Source: the human T2T-CHM13v2.0 reference genome, Homo sapiens
Direction: 5' to 3' (one strand)
DNA length: 64,000 nucleotides
Assembly: GCF_009914755.1 (NCBI RefSeq)
Contig: NC_060928.1
Position numbers and translations under genes: made by a program. This document shows positions 14,132 to 28,850 of this stretch, one piece after another. The notes under the pieces are model-generated. The model saw only the letters and a program-made list of their open reading frames with translations, was not told where the DNA came from and searched no databases. Numbering within the stretch: position 1 is the stretch's first letter; every line of letters begins with the position of its first letter.

Positions 14132-15476
14132 AGCATACATACACACACACACATCAATGTATTAAGTCTCAACAGTTACCCTTCTTTAATTTTTTCATAT
14201 ATTTTAACCATTAATATTAGTATATTTAATTGCTTTCATATTGAATGCATAATTCAGATGATTATATTTGCACTTGGGAGAATATGTTTTCTAAGTGTCC
14301 ATTTTGATGTTTATAACTATAACTTCTTTTAAAATACTTTAATGTTATCATGTGTCACGTATTTTTTATGCTTTATAATTGGCAAAAATCAGTTGCTAAT
14401 CTTTTTATTATTAGTCCTTCATGTCATCTTGTTTTATTTTGGGAGTGCTTGTTTTTAGATTGGAATAATAGCAGTTTCAAGTACGTGAATTACCTCAGGA
14501 AACAACATTTGTAGTATATTTTAGAATGTTAGAGTACTTAAGACTGTGTTTCTGAAAGTTTATTTAGACAATTTATTTTGACTTACTATAAAAACTGAAA
14601 AATAATTTCTAGAATAATGATAATTGCATCTCTAAATAGCATCTAAATGTAATTTTTGAAGAAGTTTTACAGATTTTCTATGTCTCACATTATCATTGAT
14701 TCAATGTTTAAAGAACATAATTTATTTAAAAATTTCATATAAACAAAATATGCTCTGTAGTTGAAAAAAATAGATCTCTGCTTCTATGATGGCGGAGTAT
14801 TTCACTTCTAAACACCTATTGTAACTTGATATTAGTCTCTTAATAATATTAAATAAAATGCTAACTGATTTTATAGTATAATAAAATGATATTACAATAT
14901 CTTATGTTTTATTTTTTCTAATCCATTGAAAAATTAATGGATTAGATAAATCTTTTCTTTATTGATGGAATGATCCTTTTTATTTCTGCACTTTTTTACA
15001 TGTTATATCTATCCTTTTACTCTGCTACAACAAGTATTTTATCTTTTTCTCTATTGTTTGAATTATATTGATATCGGATTGAAAAAGGAACAAACAGTAT
15101 ATAGCTCATTATTTTCACATTATTGAGAAACAGAAGAGTTGCTTATTTGTAAGTCATCAAAGCTAAACTTTCCTGTTTTTCAGTGAAGATTTCTTTCAAC
15201 AATGTATGTTTTTTTCTATAAATCCCTAGAGAAAATCTTACTGTGAAATAGCTTCAAATTTTAAATTTCTTCATTTTTAAATAGTATTTCCCAGAATACG
15301 TAATTATATGCTGAGGAAATTACAAAAATATTTAAACATCCAAAACTTTTTTGTTTTTTATACACATTATCTCTGTTGCATCTTCTAACTTTCCCCAATG
15401 CCTTGACTTGACCTAGAATGAGTACTACTGAGATATGTTTTTCTATTAGCTTCCTTGTTACAGGGATACGGATACA

Positions 15477-15770
15477 TTTTTTTTTTTAAATTGAGACAGG
15501 CTCGCTCTGTCACCCAGGCTGAAGTGCAGTGGCACGACCTCAGCTCACTGCAACCTCCACCTCCTGGATTTAAGCAATTCTCTGCTGCAGCCTCCCAAGT
15601 AGCTGGGATTACAGGTGCGTGCCACCATGCCCAGCTAATTTTTTGTATTTTTAGTAGAGACGAGGTTTCACCATCTTGACCAGGCTGGTCTTGAACTCCT
15701 GACCTCGTGATCCAGCCACCTTAGCCTCCCAAAGTGCTGGGATTACAGGCATGAGCCACCGCGCCCAGCC
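15477..15770 (-). mobile_element. AluSg-family element
   Basis: Full dimer. cctgacctcgtgatcc, aagcaattctctgc and ccatcttg point to an Sg variant; TSD is degenerate. Confidence 0.9.
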
Positions 15771-16875
15771 AGACACCTTTATAAAGTGCCTCTAATACAA
15801 AAGAGAGCCAAGAAATCAACTCCCTCTTGATGTGCCACTGGGCCCATGACAATTAATTTGTGCTGAATCAATGAGTGTGGCTTAGGTAATACCAACTTTG
15901 AATAATTTGTTGAGTTAGACTCTTTGGCCTAGGATAAGATAATAGTAGAGAATGTTACATTTGCATTTGAAAATTGTATATTATTATTTAATAGGATGTG
16001 CATACATCTCTTAAGTCAACCAGCTTGTCTTCTATAAACATTCTATAACCACTGAAAACAGTATGTTAAAGAGTCCTAATAGTATTTTGTATTTGTTCAT
16101 TTTTTTAGCAATTGTTTTCTATATTTAATATACATTTTGAAGCAGTATTATTAGGTACTTGAAAGTCATTAGCATCATTTTCATTTTCAATGGATTTTTA
16201 AAAATTTTGTCAATATGAAATATCTTTATCTCTAACATTTTTGTCCTTAAAATTTTTAACTACATAAATATTTTTTGCATTCATCTCTGATTATGTAATT
16301 TTTCTTTTCTGTTTCATCTCCTGACTTTTGTGAATAGAATATAAAAATGCTTCATTTCTAATTATTTATTGTGTTAATCATAATTTACATCACCTCAAAA
16401 ATTTAGAATATTAATGTATATTTATTTGCCTTCACTCGTTTTCTTCCACAAAACTCAAACTTCCTGAGTAGATCTGGCAATCAAGTTGCAAATTTTCCCT
16501 TTACCGTAGAGCACAAAATGTGACATTTTGACTTTTTCTTCTTCCTTTCCTCCAATAGCCTCCTTCTCAGAGGTTACCTACTAATATGATTGTATTCTCC
16601 TGGCCTTTTTTCTATACATTTATGCACTTGTGTATTAAAATATACATATGTTAAATGTTCCCATATGCACTTCGCTTTACTTGTTATTTTATGTGCTGTT
16701 TTACACAAAGAGCAGTATTCTGCATGTATTATTCTGAAACATTTTTCTTATATAAACCTATTTCAGAAATATTTCTACACAAGTAAATCCTAGAGTTACT
16801 TGCCTTGTCATAACCAGGATAGTATTTTATATTTAGCATGAAACATGAAGTAACTAATCCTACACTGAGGGATAT

Positions 16876-17240
16876 TGTATTAGTCATGGCTCTCCAGAGA
16901 GAGAGCCAATGGTATAATTCAATTTGAATTTAAAGACAAGAGAAACAGGGGAACTGATGGTGTAAATCCCAGTCTGAGGGCAGGAGAAGAGTCCCAGCTC
17001 CAAAAGTAAGGCTGAAAATTTTTCCTTTCTCTGTTTTGTTTGTTTATTTGTTATTATTCCATTCAGGCCCTCAATGGATTGAACAATGCCCAAGTACATT
17101 GGGGAAGACCATCTGCTTTCTGAGTTCACCATTTAAATGCTAATATCATCCAAAACACCCTCACAGACACACTCAGAAATTGTGTTCAATCCAAGCACCT
17201 GTGGTCCACTCAAGTTGACAGGGAAAATTTAAGCATCATG
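16876..17240 (-). mobile_element. ERVL LTR, MLT2B/D-like (internally deleted)
   Basis: tgtattagtca...tctccagagag; ttcaggccctcaatggattg; accctcacagacacac...caagttgaca. Confidence 0.85.
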
Positions 17241-17289
17241 GACAGTTAAAGTCAATCCTCTCCATGGGGTTACAAACTAAAATTGTGAG

Positions 17290-18490
17290 AAAATACTTCT
17301 TTTTTCTTTTTTTTTACTTACCAGAGCTTGGATTTAAATAAGAAGAATATTTTAAATTCTATTAAATACTTCCAACTTGTTCTAAGGAAATGCCTCTACA
17401 AGTTTATATTATGACAAAAAATACAAAAACATGCCTATTTTTTATATCCTTACAAACTCTGGAAATTATTCAACTTCTTGATATTTCTCAATCGGATGAT
17501 TAAAGAATGCTATTAAATTGTGGTTAGTTTTGTATTTCCATTATTAATGATGAGAGTAAGAATATTTTTGGTATCTTTATGGATGATTCAAATTTCCACT
17601 ATCACTGCTTTTCACATATGCTGCAAATATTTATATTGAATTATTAGACTTTTTCATATCAATTTCTTGGAATTCTTATTTCAAATATTATTCCTTTGTG
17701 ACATATATTGCATATAGTATCATGGGTCAGTTATTTGCCTGTAAATTTGCTTATGATATTTCTGCTATTCAGAAATATTTAATCAAGAAGTATAAATTAT
17801 ATATATCTTTATCTTTGTGCTCTTGATGTCCATGTTTTTTTTAAAGATTTGTTTACAATTATAAAACATATTCTCTTACATTTTAGAGTGATAGTTTAGA
17901 TAATTTTAATGATACATATTTTTATGAATGCTCTAAGAATGACACTTATTTTTTTAAAGAATTGTCTCAGCCCTATTTGCATTATTTCTTCAGTCCCCAC
18001 TTATCTGAAAATCAGCCATTATCATGTAACAACATCTTTTTCTTACCTGAGTAGATTTTCAAATTTTCCTTTTGATACAATTGATATACTTACTTAATTT
18101 TGTGCAAATATATCCTGACGTATTTACTTAAATCCTTTTCCAAATTGACTTGCCTCATTTTGGGCATTTATTCTTTAATATTCACTTTAGAATCTGCTTT
18201 TCAAATTACTTGACTAATAATGTTGACATTGTAATACCGTTTTTATTTTCTAATGTGTATATTAACTAGAGGAGAAACAAAGTGCTTATATCATTGAGTT
18301 TTTCTAGCCATGAACACATTTATATTCATTTTTGTGTTCATTGAAAGCTCTTGTGGCATTCTATGCAAACACAGTAAATATTTCTACTTGGGGACATTTT
18401 GAGGACAATTCATTGTTCACATTGCTATTGTTAGATGGTTTAGTGTAATTATTGCTTGTGTAAACCACATTATTGATTTTTGTTTATTGA
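17290..18490 (-). mobile_element. Very old L1M fragments
   Basis: ggttagttttgtatttccattattaatgatgag; catattgcatatagtatc; tagccatgaacac. Confidence 0.5.
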
Positions 18491-18504
18491 GACTATTATA
18501 AATT

Positions 18505-19030
18505 TAAGTTTCCTATAGTCACAGCAATAATGCATAATGAATAACCACAAAGTATCAGTAGCATACAGTGATCTGTATAAGCATTTATTTAGACCATGAG
18601 GCTACACTTTGGCTTGAGGTCAGTTGACCTAGACTGAATCCAGCCAGATACTCCTGTTGGTGTTATCTAGTCTCACTCACACATCTGAGCCTGGCTGGAA
18701 GTCAGCTGAAGTAGAAGTGACTTGTCTAGGAATGCATCTTCTCCTTCCCATCCTCAGCCTTTCATAGTCAACTGGCTTAGGAGAGTTTCTTCTCATTGAT
18801 ATGGCAGAAATGAATGCAGGGAGAACATGCCCAATATTACAAATGCTTTTCAAGCCCCTGCTTGAGTAAATTCTGATAACATTCTGTTATGCAAAGCAAC
18901 TCGTGTGGCTAAAACCAAACAGAAGTGGAGTAATATACTCTACCTTACTAGTTGCAAGAACTACAGAGTTACATGGCAAAGGGTGTTGATTGAGAAACAA
19001 TAGTTTTAATGCCATTAATGCAATGTATGA
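18505..19030 (-). mobile_element. MaLR LTR, MLT1G/H-like
   Basis: aataatgcataa...aaccacaaa...aagcatttattt; caaatgcttttcaagcccctgctt...aacattctgtt...aaagcaactc; agttacatggcaaagggtg. Confidence 0.7.
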
Positions 19031-19109
19031 GGCATCTACAATTTTTAGCTTCTTTATTATTTCTAACAGTCTTTCAGTTTGTAGTTGTGCTCACTTCAAA
19101 GGAGCGTAT

Positions 19110-20260
19110 ATTTTTACAAAGTTATAACTATTATGCACAAATATATATATTGCAGATGACAACAAGTGCTATCAAGCAAAATAAATCAGGGTTATGGAAG
19201 TAGAGAATGCTGGGACTGCAGTAATAGGAACTTCTCTTTTTTATAGGGAAGCCAGGAAAGGCTCCTCTGATAAGGTAACATCTAAGTTTAGCAGACATCT
19301 GAACCTAATGTACGAGTGAGTCAACGAGAATATGTGGTGGGAAGAATGCTCAAGTCAGTGGCAAAAGAAAATGCTATGCGATCATTTTGAAAAACAGCAA
19401 GTAGGCTGTGAGGCAGAAGTGAAGTGTAACTTAATAACTGTGGCAGAAGATGAGCTCAGAGAGGGAGCTGGAAGTGAGACAAACAAGCTTTCTGCCCTAC
19501 GATAGGCATTTATTCTCACTGATGTATAACGCTACTGGTGGATTTTGATCAGAATAGGAATGTGAACTAAATTATTCCATCAAGTTCATTTTACCTGCAT
19601 TATGGAGAACTGATTATACGTAGACAAAGGTGGAGAATAACTTATACCAGGGTAGTAGTGGTTGGTTGGTGAGAAACACCCATATTTGAGATAAATTTTG
19701 AAGGTAGAGCCAATATGTCAAGTTGATGCATGGGCTATGATATAAAAAAGAAAGGAAGGAGCCCAAATATTTAGTTTTAGTATCTAAAAGAAATTATTTA
19801 CTATTGAGATAGGAAAGAATGCGGGAAGAACAGCCTTGAGAGACAAAATAGGTAAAACAACTTGGGAACATGAAGTTTGAGAAAAATATTACATACACAA
19901 GTGGAGATGTTGAAAAAGCAGTTGTATATATGCTTGGCGTTTTAAGGGGCAGGTCACAGCTGGAGATAGAAATTTGAGTGTTGCTCTTCTATAGATAATA
20001 TTTAAAGACCCTACTGAGTGATTCAAAAGGAAATCCTCAAAGCACCAAAGGAGTAAATGTAGAGAGTAAGGAAAAATGGAAAAAGAACTACGCTTAGAGG
20101 GACTTCACTGGTAAGAGATGGGTGTGGCAGATGAAGAACAAAAGTTATCAGGAAGTGTGGCTAGTGAGGGAGAAGGAAATCCCCCAAAAATTGAATCCTC
20201 AGAATAAATTAAAAACAAAAAAGGTTTGAGAAGTAATCAATATCAAATGCTGCTAAAGTA
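19110..20260 (-). mobile_element. LINE-2 (L2a-like)
   Basis: aagtgctat...aaaataaatcaggg...ggaaaggctcctctgataaggtaacat; ttttgaaggtagagccaa; caagtggagatgt. Confidence 0.8.
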
Positions 20261-22507
20261 TGATATTTGTTTAATTTTTACAATAAAATATCATTTTAAA
20301 ATTAAAGGCTTCATGCCTGTTTCTAACTTGCTAATAGTGGTTTTCCTTTTTTCATTTGCAATAGGAGTGTTAACCTTTCCTAATTGTGATTATCTTGTTT
20401 TCATGCTTCTAATTTGTGATGGGTGTATTGGAGTAAGTGTATTCATATTATAGCCTATATTTATGTACTAGAAGAAACCATATTAAATCTTTCATTGAGA
20501 TATTTATATTATGCGGATGCTCTGAAATTATAAAGGGATTTAATAGCTAATTAAGTCATTATTTCTTATTTTTGTATAAGGTAAATGAGTATTTGGTTGA
20601 AACTGGTACAATGATATCAGTGATGTAATTTTTGAAAATGCATCTATGGAGAAGAAGGATGTACATGGATGCTGGAAAAAGAGAGACTAACTCTAGTACC
20701 TATAATTTTCCTTCTGCCTAGTCTCTACTCTTACTTATTTTATTAATGACGTTTAGTTTTTTCTGAGAAGCCACTCCTCCTTGACTGGAGGCTGACTAGA
20801 ATTACATTTCAACTGTATAGCAATTATCAGGTATATGCTCCTGGCTTTAATGACCATAACAGCACAGTCCCTTCATAAAATAACAGTTTTTATACACACA
20901 AAGCCAAAACGCTAAAGCTGTATCCCAAAATTATTGAGGGGGAAAATAAGATGTCTTTCCTCTGGAAATAAATCTCTTTGATACACTCTTGGGGTCACAA
21001 TGTCAGGAAAGATCTTCTGAGAATGAGACCACAACAGAAGAAATGGAGCAAAAGATTATTATAGCACACAAGCTTCTGACAGGGCCAGTTCAACACCAGG
21101 ATGCAGTTTGTTTGTTTGTTTGTTTCCACGAAATTTGATGCTACACTCCTCTCTTGCACAACTTCTTAAGGGAATTCTATCTTGGATGCTGTAAGGATTC
21201 ACTAAGTTGCAAGGGACAGAAATATCAAGATAAAATAGCTTTTATTGGTCCACCTAATTGAAAAGTTCATGGTAGATTTTGTTTTTTTCAGAAACTGCTG
21301 AAAATGGACACTTAACTGATTTTTATTCTGACTTCCACTCCATTTTCACATCATGCCATTTTTTGAAGTGACAAGATACCATACAAATGATGGGAAGAAT
21401 CTGTCAGACCTTTCTGTATTTATCTAGACTAGGCAAATTAGGGATCACATATCTATGAATGGTCAATCACTTTAGTTCCAGACATTCAGGCTTATTGTTG
21501 GCTAGAAACTGATCTGAGCCACAAAGACTGAGAATGGTAGAGAAACTTCAGGGCATTGTGACAAGGAAGGGTGAAGTCATGGTCAGCAAAGCAAGAATTA
21601 TCCACTACTAATGCCCATCCATATATCTATTTATTTGAACAATTATCCCTATTTTCATTTCATCTTACAAACTTTTTAATTCAATTATTATATTTTTACA
21701 TTCTCAACTTTTCGTTTCTCTAGAAAGATGAGTTTTCCTTACAAGTGTCTTGGTTAATTCTTCACCATGAATATGATAATGTATCCATCTGTTTGTCCTC
21801 TTACCTGTTTGGCTGTGAAAATTTTCCATTGTTGAGGATGATGTTTGTTTGTTTCTGGTACCTCAATGTTTAGTGATTTGTGGATATAGACTTATCTATG
21901 GCTTCATATACTGTAACATAGTATCTGTTTCTCTAACCTATCTTTAGTGATTGCATTGGTGCAGTCAGACCTGCTATATATGGTTTACCAAGTGTGTGTC
22001 AGCTGCCCTTCTTGCCTGGTAGATAGTAGCTACTTAAGGAATTTCTTGATATTGCTAGCCCATTGCTCATATTCATAGCAAAAAAAAATACTTTGCTTCC
22101 TGCTTTCTGCTGTCACAGTATTAGAGAACAGCAGCTGAACAACTAGAGGCTTTAAAAGCAGCATCTCATGTATCAAATTGATCATCGAATCAGAACTTAA
22201 TCCTTAACCTTCAGTCCTCTAACTTTGTTCTCAAAGCTCTACCAAACAATGCCTATCTCCCTAAATATTTGCTCCTGCTACATTTTTCTATTTTTTTATC
22301 CAGTATTATTTTCCACATATACACTACAATTTTTTATCTTCAGACTGGTCTCTTCTTTTCCAGTGTTGCATTAATTTTTAGTTTCGTAATCTTCCATTAA
22401 TGGTATTTAGTTTGAGGCATAAGAGATAAGTAATGTTGTCTATATTTTCAATCCTATTTATAGTGTCTTTGTTTTCTTTATTCTTTAGCCAGAAGATATT
22501 TTTATTT

Positions 22508-22849
22508 TTTAAAATATTTATGTATGTAAGTATGTATGTAGGTATGTATGTATTTATTTATTTATTTTTGAGACAGAGCTTCGCTCTTGTTGCCCAGGCT
22601 AGAGTGCAAGGTGTGATGTTGGCTCACCGCAACCTCTGCCTCTGGGGTTCAAGTGATTCTCCTGCCTCAGTCTCCTGAGTAGCTGGGATTACAGGCATGT
22701 GCCACCATGCCTGGCTAATTTTGTATTTTTAGTAGAGATGGGGTTTCTCCATGTTGGTCAGGCTCGTCTTGAACTCCCGACCTCATGTGATCTGCCCGCC
22801 TCGGCCTCCCAAAGTGCTGGGATTACAAGTGTGAGCCACCATGCCCGGC
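22508..22849 (-). mobile_element. AluSp with tail converted to (TATG)n(TATT)n
   Basis: Sp diagnostics (gtttctccatgttggtcagg, cgctcttgttgccc, ctcaccgcaac). TSD agatatttttattt at 22494-22507 and 22850-22863. Confidence 0.95.
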
Positions 22850-25366
22850 AGATATTTTTATTTACTTTTAGCAATTTTATTATTTCTTACTGAATGTTCT
22901 CTCTCTTTGTTTTCTTCTGAGTTAGCTTTTGAAAACATAAAGTTTAAAAATATAACATTTGAAAATATAAAATTGTGGTATAAATATTTTGAGATTCAGT
23001 ATAAAAATGATTCACTACGATGTATCCATGAAACACTACTAAGTACCTTTCCTGGGTAAGAAGACTGGGGGCAGTTTTTTCTAAATAATTTATTACTAAA
23101 CTTAATGCATACCACTTGGTCATGAAAATGTGTTTTCTTTAACATAGAAAATTATTAACAGAATGTAATATTTAAGTGGCAAAAAATATAAATGAAGTTC
23201 TGAGTATATAGTTACACATGCCATACATTCCCAATGTACTTTAATTATTATATCCCACAATCTAGTAATTATAAAACAGATTCATTGGTACACAATGACT
23301 AAAAGATTTTGAATATGAACCAAAAGAGTCTGTTTCTAAGAATGGTGTTTGGTAGAACTTTGAGACAAAAAAAGAATAGAAACTCAACATGGAAGTTGAT
23401 CAAATTTAGCTTTATATAACTGAAACTGATATTCATTTTGTTTCATTAACAATTTAATTAGTGTGCTGAATACTCAATATTAAATACTAGTTTTAAACAT
23501 ACATAAGTTTGCATGTGCAATTATTTTATTACAGTTTTATTAAACCAGATTACAAGCAGATTTTAAAAATAGGTAATTATTGGGTATTTGAAGGGATATG
23601 CAATGGTTCTCCATATACAGAAAATTGGGTCACCACGAAACAATGTTAATGACAATAACACTAATTATAACAGTAAACATGTGTTAACAGTTAATCAAGA
23701 TAAACATTCCTGAAACAAATAGCCATTTACATGATACTAGGCCTCTGAAGAACATAATAACAGTCAAAAATTGAACCATATCTTCACAGCATATATTACG
23801 TTTTAGGATTGAAAACAAATAGAACCTCATAACTCCCCAGGTAGAAGAATTTGGGCACCAAAAATGCAAAACGACAACAACAACAACCCTCAGGGTAACT
23901 CATCTTATTAATTATCTTACATAAAATTAAAAAAGAAAGAAACTTAAGAAGTGTCTGTAGAATTTTGAACCAACTCATGCTTTTCTGAATGAGGCAACAA
24001 TTTCAAATATATAACAACTTTGAAAGTATTCTTATCTTTCTTTCATTATAAACTTATTTAAAAATTTTAACAATTCAGCTAATATGTGAATCCAAGTTAA
24101 ACTTTCAAGAATGGAAGTAGAGGTATAAAAGTACTGGCAGAAATCAATTAAACTCACTTATACAGAGAATGTACAAGAAATAACCGAAGCACTTTTGGTC
24201 CCAAAATGAAATACAGTTTTCAAGAAGCATTGCTAGGTGTTCATTGAGAAATGTCTTCTTCTAAGTTTTATCACTCCTTTTTTCTGGATTTCTCTGAAGT
24301 TGACGTAATCATGAAAAACTTTCATTTTCTTCACCTTCTCCTTTATAAACATATATACTTATACACATATACAGAGCTTTTTATTCTTTGCACTGAAAGA
24401 AAAAAAAAATTTTTTTGGTTAAGCTGAATGGTAGATCTTCATGATCAATGATATCTGGGCTCCAAGGGAAGACACATTCTATTTTCTGTATATTATTTAT
24501 TCAGTCTTATGTGGAAGCTTAATAAGCAAGAAATGGTTGAATCTGACACCACAAACAAAACTTTCTTATTCTGTCTTCAGTGTGTTGGATGAAAATGAAA
24601 GAGCTTTCTCCTTAATACAAAAAGCAAGACTTAAACCAGGGTTATGTCTGTCTCTTTGTAAAATAGTAGCATAAAATAAAAGGCAGAAGATTGAACATAA
24701 GTTTAGGCTTATAAATCAAAGCAACTCCAACATTCACATGAGTTCAAATGAATGAATATATTGTCCTCTGATTAACTAGATACATAATTCTCCCTCTGAG
24801 GAAGAGAAAATAAGGAAGAGGAGTTGAAATGTTCCCTAAAATTCTCTCATGTGGGTAGAATAGCTTGAATTTTTCACATTCCTATAGGCTACATAACAAC
24901 AAAAAAGACAGGATTTGAACTTAACCTCATTTCAGTCACAAGTATTTGTTATTTTCCTCATAGCATTTAAGAATTAAGGGGTGAGGTGGCTATTCCGGGG
25001 GGAAAACAATCAGTAGCATATCAGCTAATTCTTGCTCTCAGTTTTGTTGGGCCAGTATCCAGTCCCTGTCACATTCCCTATGCATTCTGTGCAGCTCATC
25101 AGAGGATACTCCATAATAATCTAACTTAATTCAAAGAAAATTTCCAGATTTGATCTCTTCATTAAATCACATGAGGAGAATCAAAATGTAAGTGAAAAAT
25201 ACATTGCCTCTTATTAAATACCACTATAGTGATTTGTGCCAGAAAAACCTGTCTAAAGGTTACAGATTTGATTTGAGACTCAGAGAGAATCCTCTCAAAA
25301 CACAAGTCAAATAGAGCATTCAGAAGTTAAGGGAATAAGAATAACAAAATAAAAAACAAATGAGAA

Positions 25367-25368
<2 letters not shown>

Positions 25369-25404
<36 letters not shown>
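25369..25404. repeat. (AC)18 microsatellite
   Basis: Perfect dinucleotide run. Confidence 0.98.
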
Positions 25405-25406
<2 letters not shown>

Positions 25407-26218
25407 CGATTGAGCAAGAGAAAACACTGGAGGGAAAAAAAGGGTGTTTCTTTAGAGAAAAGGTTAAAAATTCAGTATCTAGAGATATATAAAAGTTAAA
25501 AGAATATAAAAAATACTTATAATTGTTGCTAAAGGTAAGGCTAGAAAACACTGCATATTATGGCTATTACTAGGTCAAAGGGACCACTGAGACTCAACAT
25601 TGTTTAACCATGTAAAGACCTTAGTGATCAGACTAGAATTGCTTACCTGGAGGAAAGCTGTATCAAGAAAATCAGTTAAGAGTTGTCCTCTGAAACTGGT
25701 AGAGAGTAAGTTGATTGTAAGAGCAATTGAGGATTCTCTCCTTTATTATTTGCACAGCTATTGTAGGTTATTATATATGATTTGAAATAATTTGATGGTA
25801 AAGTCCTGGAATTTTACAGAATGGCACAGTTTCTGGAGCCAGGAAGGTACATACATTGAGGAAATCTTCAGAATAACAGCATTTTGAGTATGTGAGTGTC
25901 TGTGTCATGAGAATGTATTTATTTGTAAAAGAAAATACGGAGATATAGCTACATAAATGTGACTGCAAAAACTTCCTCCTAGACCTTGATTAGATGTTGG
26001 GAAGATATGTCCTGGATAAGTAACCATAAATAAGAAAGTGAGAGTCAACAGATATGTTTAAACAATAAATAAATCATCAGGCTCAGAACCATTGGCATTG
26101 ATATCTTACAGAGGGAAATTTGCAAAAAATATATGTATATATATGAGGATAATAAGATAAAACAGTAAAGGTCTGGCCAAAGGCAAAGAAAATATAAAAG
26201 AATAATGAAACTCAAATG

Positions 26219-26302
26219 TAGAAAACTGACTTATTCTCTTTGTTGGAAAAGATACCAAATTAGAAAAGTGACTTATTCTCTTCGTTGGAAAAGATACCAA
26301 AT
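26219..26302 (+). repeat. Two-copy 42-bp tandem repeat
   Basis: tagaaaa[c/g]tgacttattctctt[t/c]gttggaaaagataccaaat x2, 40/42 identical. Confidence 0.95.
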
Positions 26303-27439
26303 TAACATTTATGAACGAATTAGAACCTTTAACAATTCAAGAAATATCAAGGGATAATGGAATGGCACTCAAGGGTAGGAAACATTTTGGTTCTCTCTGT
26401 TGAAAATGATACCAAACTTATTTTAAAAAGTAGACAAAACTTTTAACAATTTAACAATTTAAGTTGACCTGCTTAAAAGGAATAGAGGAATAACAGGAAT
26501 GAGCACTTAGAAGCAGATATAAATTATTTGAAGCCTGGAAAATGCAAATGCTGATAACAGAAGAAAGAGAGAACAGCACAAGGCATGGAGTTCATTGATC
26601 TTCAATGTAAATATGGGCACAGACTTTGGAAATATTTACAACAGAAACTTAAATTTGAGTTTTCTGCTAAAGCTGATTTTTCAGCTTGACAGTTGATGGT
26701 ATGCATGGCTAGAAAGGAGGATTCATAAAAAGCTGAAACATCCACTGGGACAGTGATACAAAGAACTCTTGGAATCCTACTGGAGATAAAAAATGCATAA
26801 GCAATAGCAAGAATTGTATTTTGGGTAGAATACAAACAAACATAGGCTCATATGGAGAGTGTTGAGTTGTGAATGAGTGTTGCTATGTTCAGGAGACAGA
26901 CAGGATATAAATAAGCAAATAAATAATCACCACCAACAAAACATGCACTTAATTCAGCATTTGGAACTCAAAGACACAAGGAGCTCATAGAATAAAGAAC
27001 TTTAAGACCATTTTCTTTCTTTCTGTGTGAATATGTGTGTGCATGTATGTGTTTTAAATATTACTCGATAAGAAAAGAGGCAAGATGCAAAGGAACCAAA
27101 TGTCTCAGTGAACTCATAAGGATAGGTTCTACGACTGGAGTAGTCCATAGATTTGTGGTTCTCAAAGAGCTGGCAGTGATGGATTTACAAACTGGAAGAT
27201 TAAATGAAATGAAATGCTTACTTCTCTTAGGTTTTATTGTCTATTCAGCTTTTCCCAGAACATATAAAATTACTAATAGTTCATGCCTACCAAGTGCACT
27301 ACTTTGGAAATCTCACTCATGCAGAATATGTTGTGAATGACCTGTGTCTTGCAGAGTTGTACAAGATAGTTCCTCTGCTATAGTTCCCACTTGGCAATGG
27401 CAAAATGGGGCATCATGCTTTGGGGCTCCAATTAATATG

Positions 27440-27712
27440 AAGTTAGCCTTTGCTGCATAAAAAAACTAACTTGAAACTAAGCATTTGCATTTTTAGGTCT
27501 CTAGATTGGCTATGGTTGCTCTGATTCAAGGTGCAGACAACTGATCTTTTAATGGAGTTCAAATGCTGTTAGGGACAAGGATAAATCTAGATTGGGCAAT
27601 CTGTTACTGTTGCCCACATTCTATTGGCCAAAGCAAATCACATGACAAAATCCAACATTAATAGAGTAGGAAAATGTACTCCTCCATGTGGAAGGGAGTA
27701 ATGTTTGCTGGT
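27440..27712 (-). mobile_element. Old MaLR LTR (MLT1I/J-like), internally deleted
   Basis: agttagcctttgctgcataa; gcccacattctattggccaaagcaaatcacatg...aatgtactcctcc. Confidence 0.6.
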
Positions 27713-27715
27713 GAC

Positions 27716-28204
27716 TGTAATAATCAGAATAATGCTCTCTAAAAGATCTTGATCTGTAAATATGTTACCTTACAGGACAAAGGGAAAAGAAAATTGCAGA
27801 TGTTTTAAATTTGCTAATTTGCCGATTGTAAAGCAGGGAGATTATTGTCAACTACCTGGATGGGCCCCATGCAACCAGAAATTCCTTTCAAAAGCAGAAC
27901 AGATAATCAGATATGAAATAGAGAATAGTCAGAAAAAGATGCAATATTGCTGGCCTTGAAGATGGAAGAAGGGGTCTTAAAACTAAAAAATGAAGTCAGC
28001 ATTTAGCAAGTAGAAAAGATAAGCTAATAGATTCTCCCCTCTATCTCCAAGAATGGAATTTAGCCCTGCTAACTAATTTTAACTCTACCCCAATGAAGCC
28101 GATATCAGACTTAAAACTTACAGAAGTGTAAGATGATAAAATTGTGTCACTGGAAGTCATAAGTCTGTGGCAATTTGATACAGCAGCAATAGAAAACTAA
28201 TACA
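27716..28204 (+). mobile_element. MaLR LTR, MLT1D
   Basis: aatatgttaccttac...ttgcagatg...gggagattat...ttgctggccttgaagatggaagaagggg...cagcagcaatagaaaactaataca. Confidence 0.85.
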
Positions 28205-28299
28205 GATAGTAACCCCATTGGCCATATAATTGAATAATTCCATCTTAACAATTTTAATTGAAGTTGATTATTCTTGTTTGCCAATGAGACTTTGGAAAA

Positions 28300-28850
28300 T
28301 GTATAAAATTTTCAGATTGCTTTAGGTTTACTTTGTTCTTTTTTTTTTTTTCCTAGTTCTTCAGGTAAATCCTAGATTACTGATTTGAAACCATTCTTTT
28401 TCTGTCATATAAAATTACTTCTAAGGACTGTTTTAACTTCATTCCATAAATTTTGATATGAAGTTTTATTTTTTGTTGTTGAAAACTATTTTCTAATAAC
28501 TCAGGATTTTTCTTTGATGAATGGGTTATGTGCTGTTTTTTTTTTAATTTGGGATGTCTCACAGAATTCTTTCTGCCATGAACTCTAAATTAATACAATT
28601 TTTTTGTCATCAGAGAACATATTTTATTTGATTTTAATTGTTTTTGAGATGTATTTTATGGCCTAGAATATGTTTTTTCCTGGAGAATTTCTTTATGATT
28701 GAAAATAATAGGCATTTTGCAGTTATTGTGTGAAATATTCTATATTTGTCAATTGTTTTGGGCTACTGGATGTTATTATTCAAGTATTCTCTTCCTTTTT
28801 AAATTTTCCTTGTTTTCTTTCTTTTAATTAGTGAAAAAACTGTTAGATAT
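28300..28850 (-). mobile_element. Old L1M ORF2 (endonuclease-side) fragment
   Basis: ttccataaattttgatatg; cagagaacatatttta; ttttatggcctagaatatg; ttttgcagttattg. Confidence 0.7.

Noticed and set aside
26219-26302. Direct repeats as a possible CRISPR-like array (also 4714-4934)
   Set aside because: Only two adjacent copies, no spacers, no cas genes, and a primate context.
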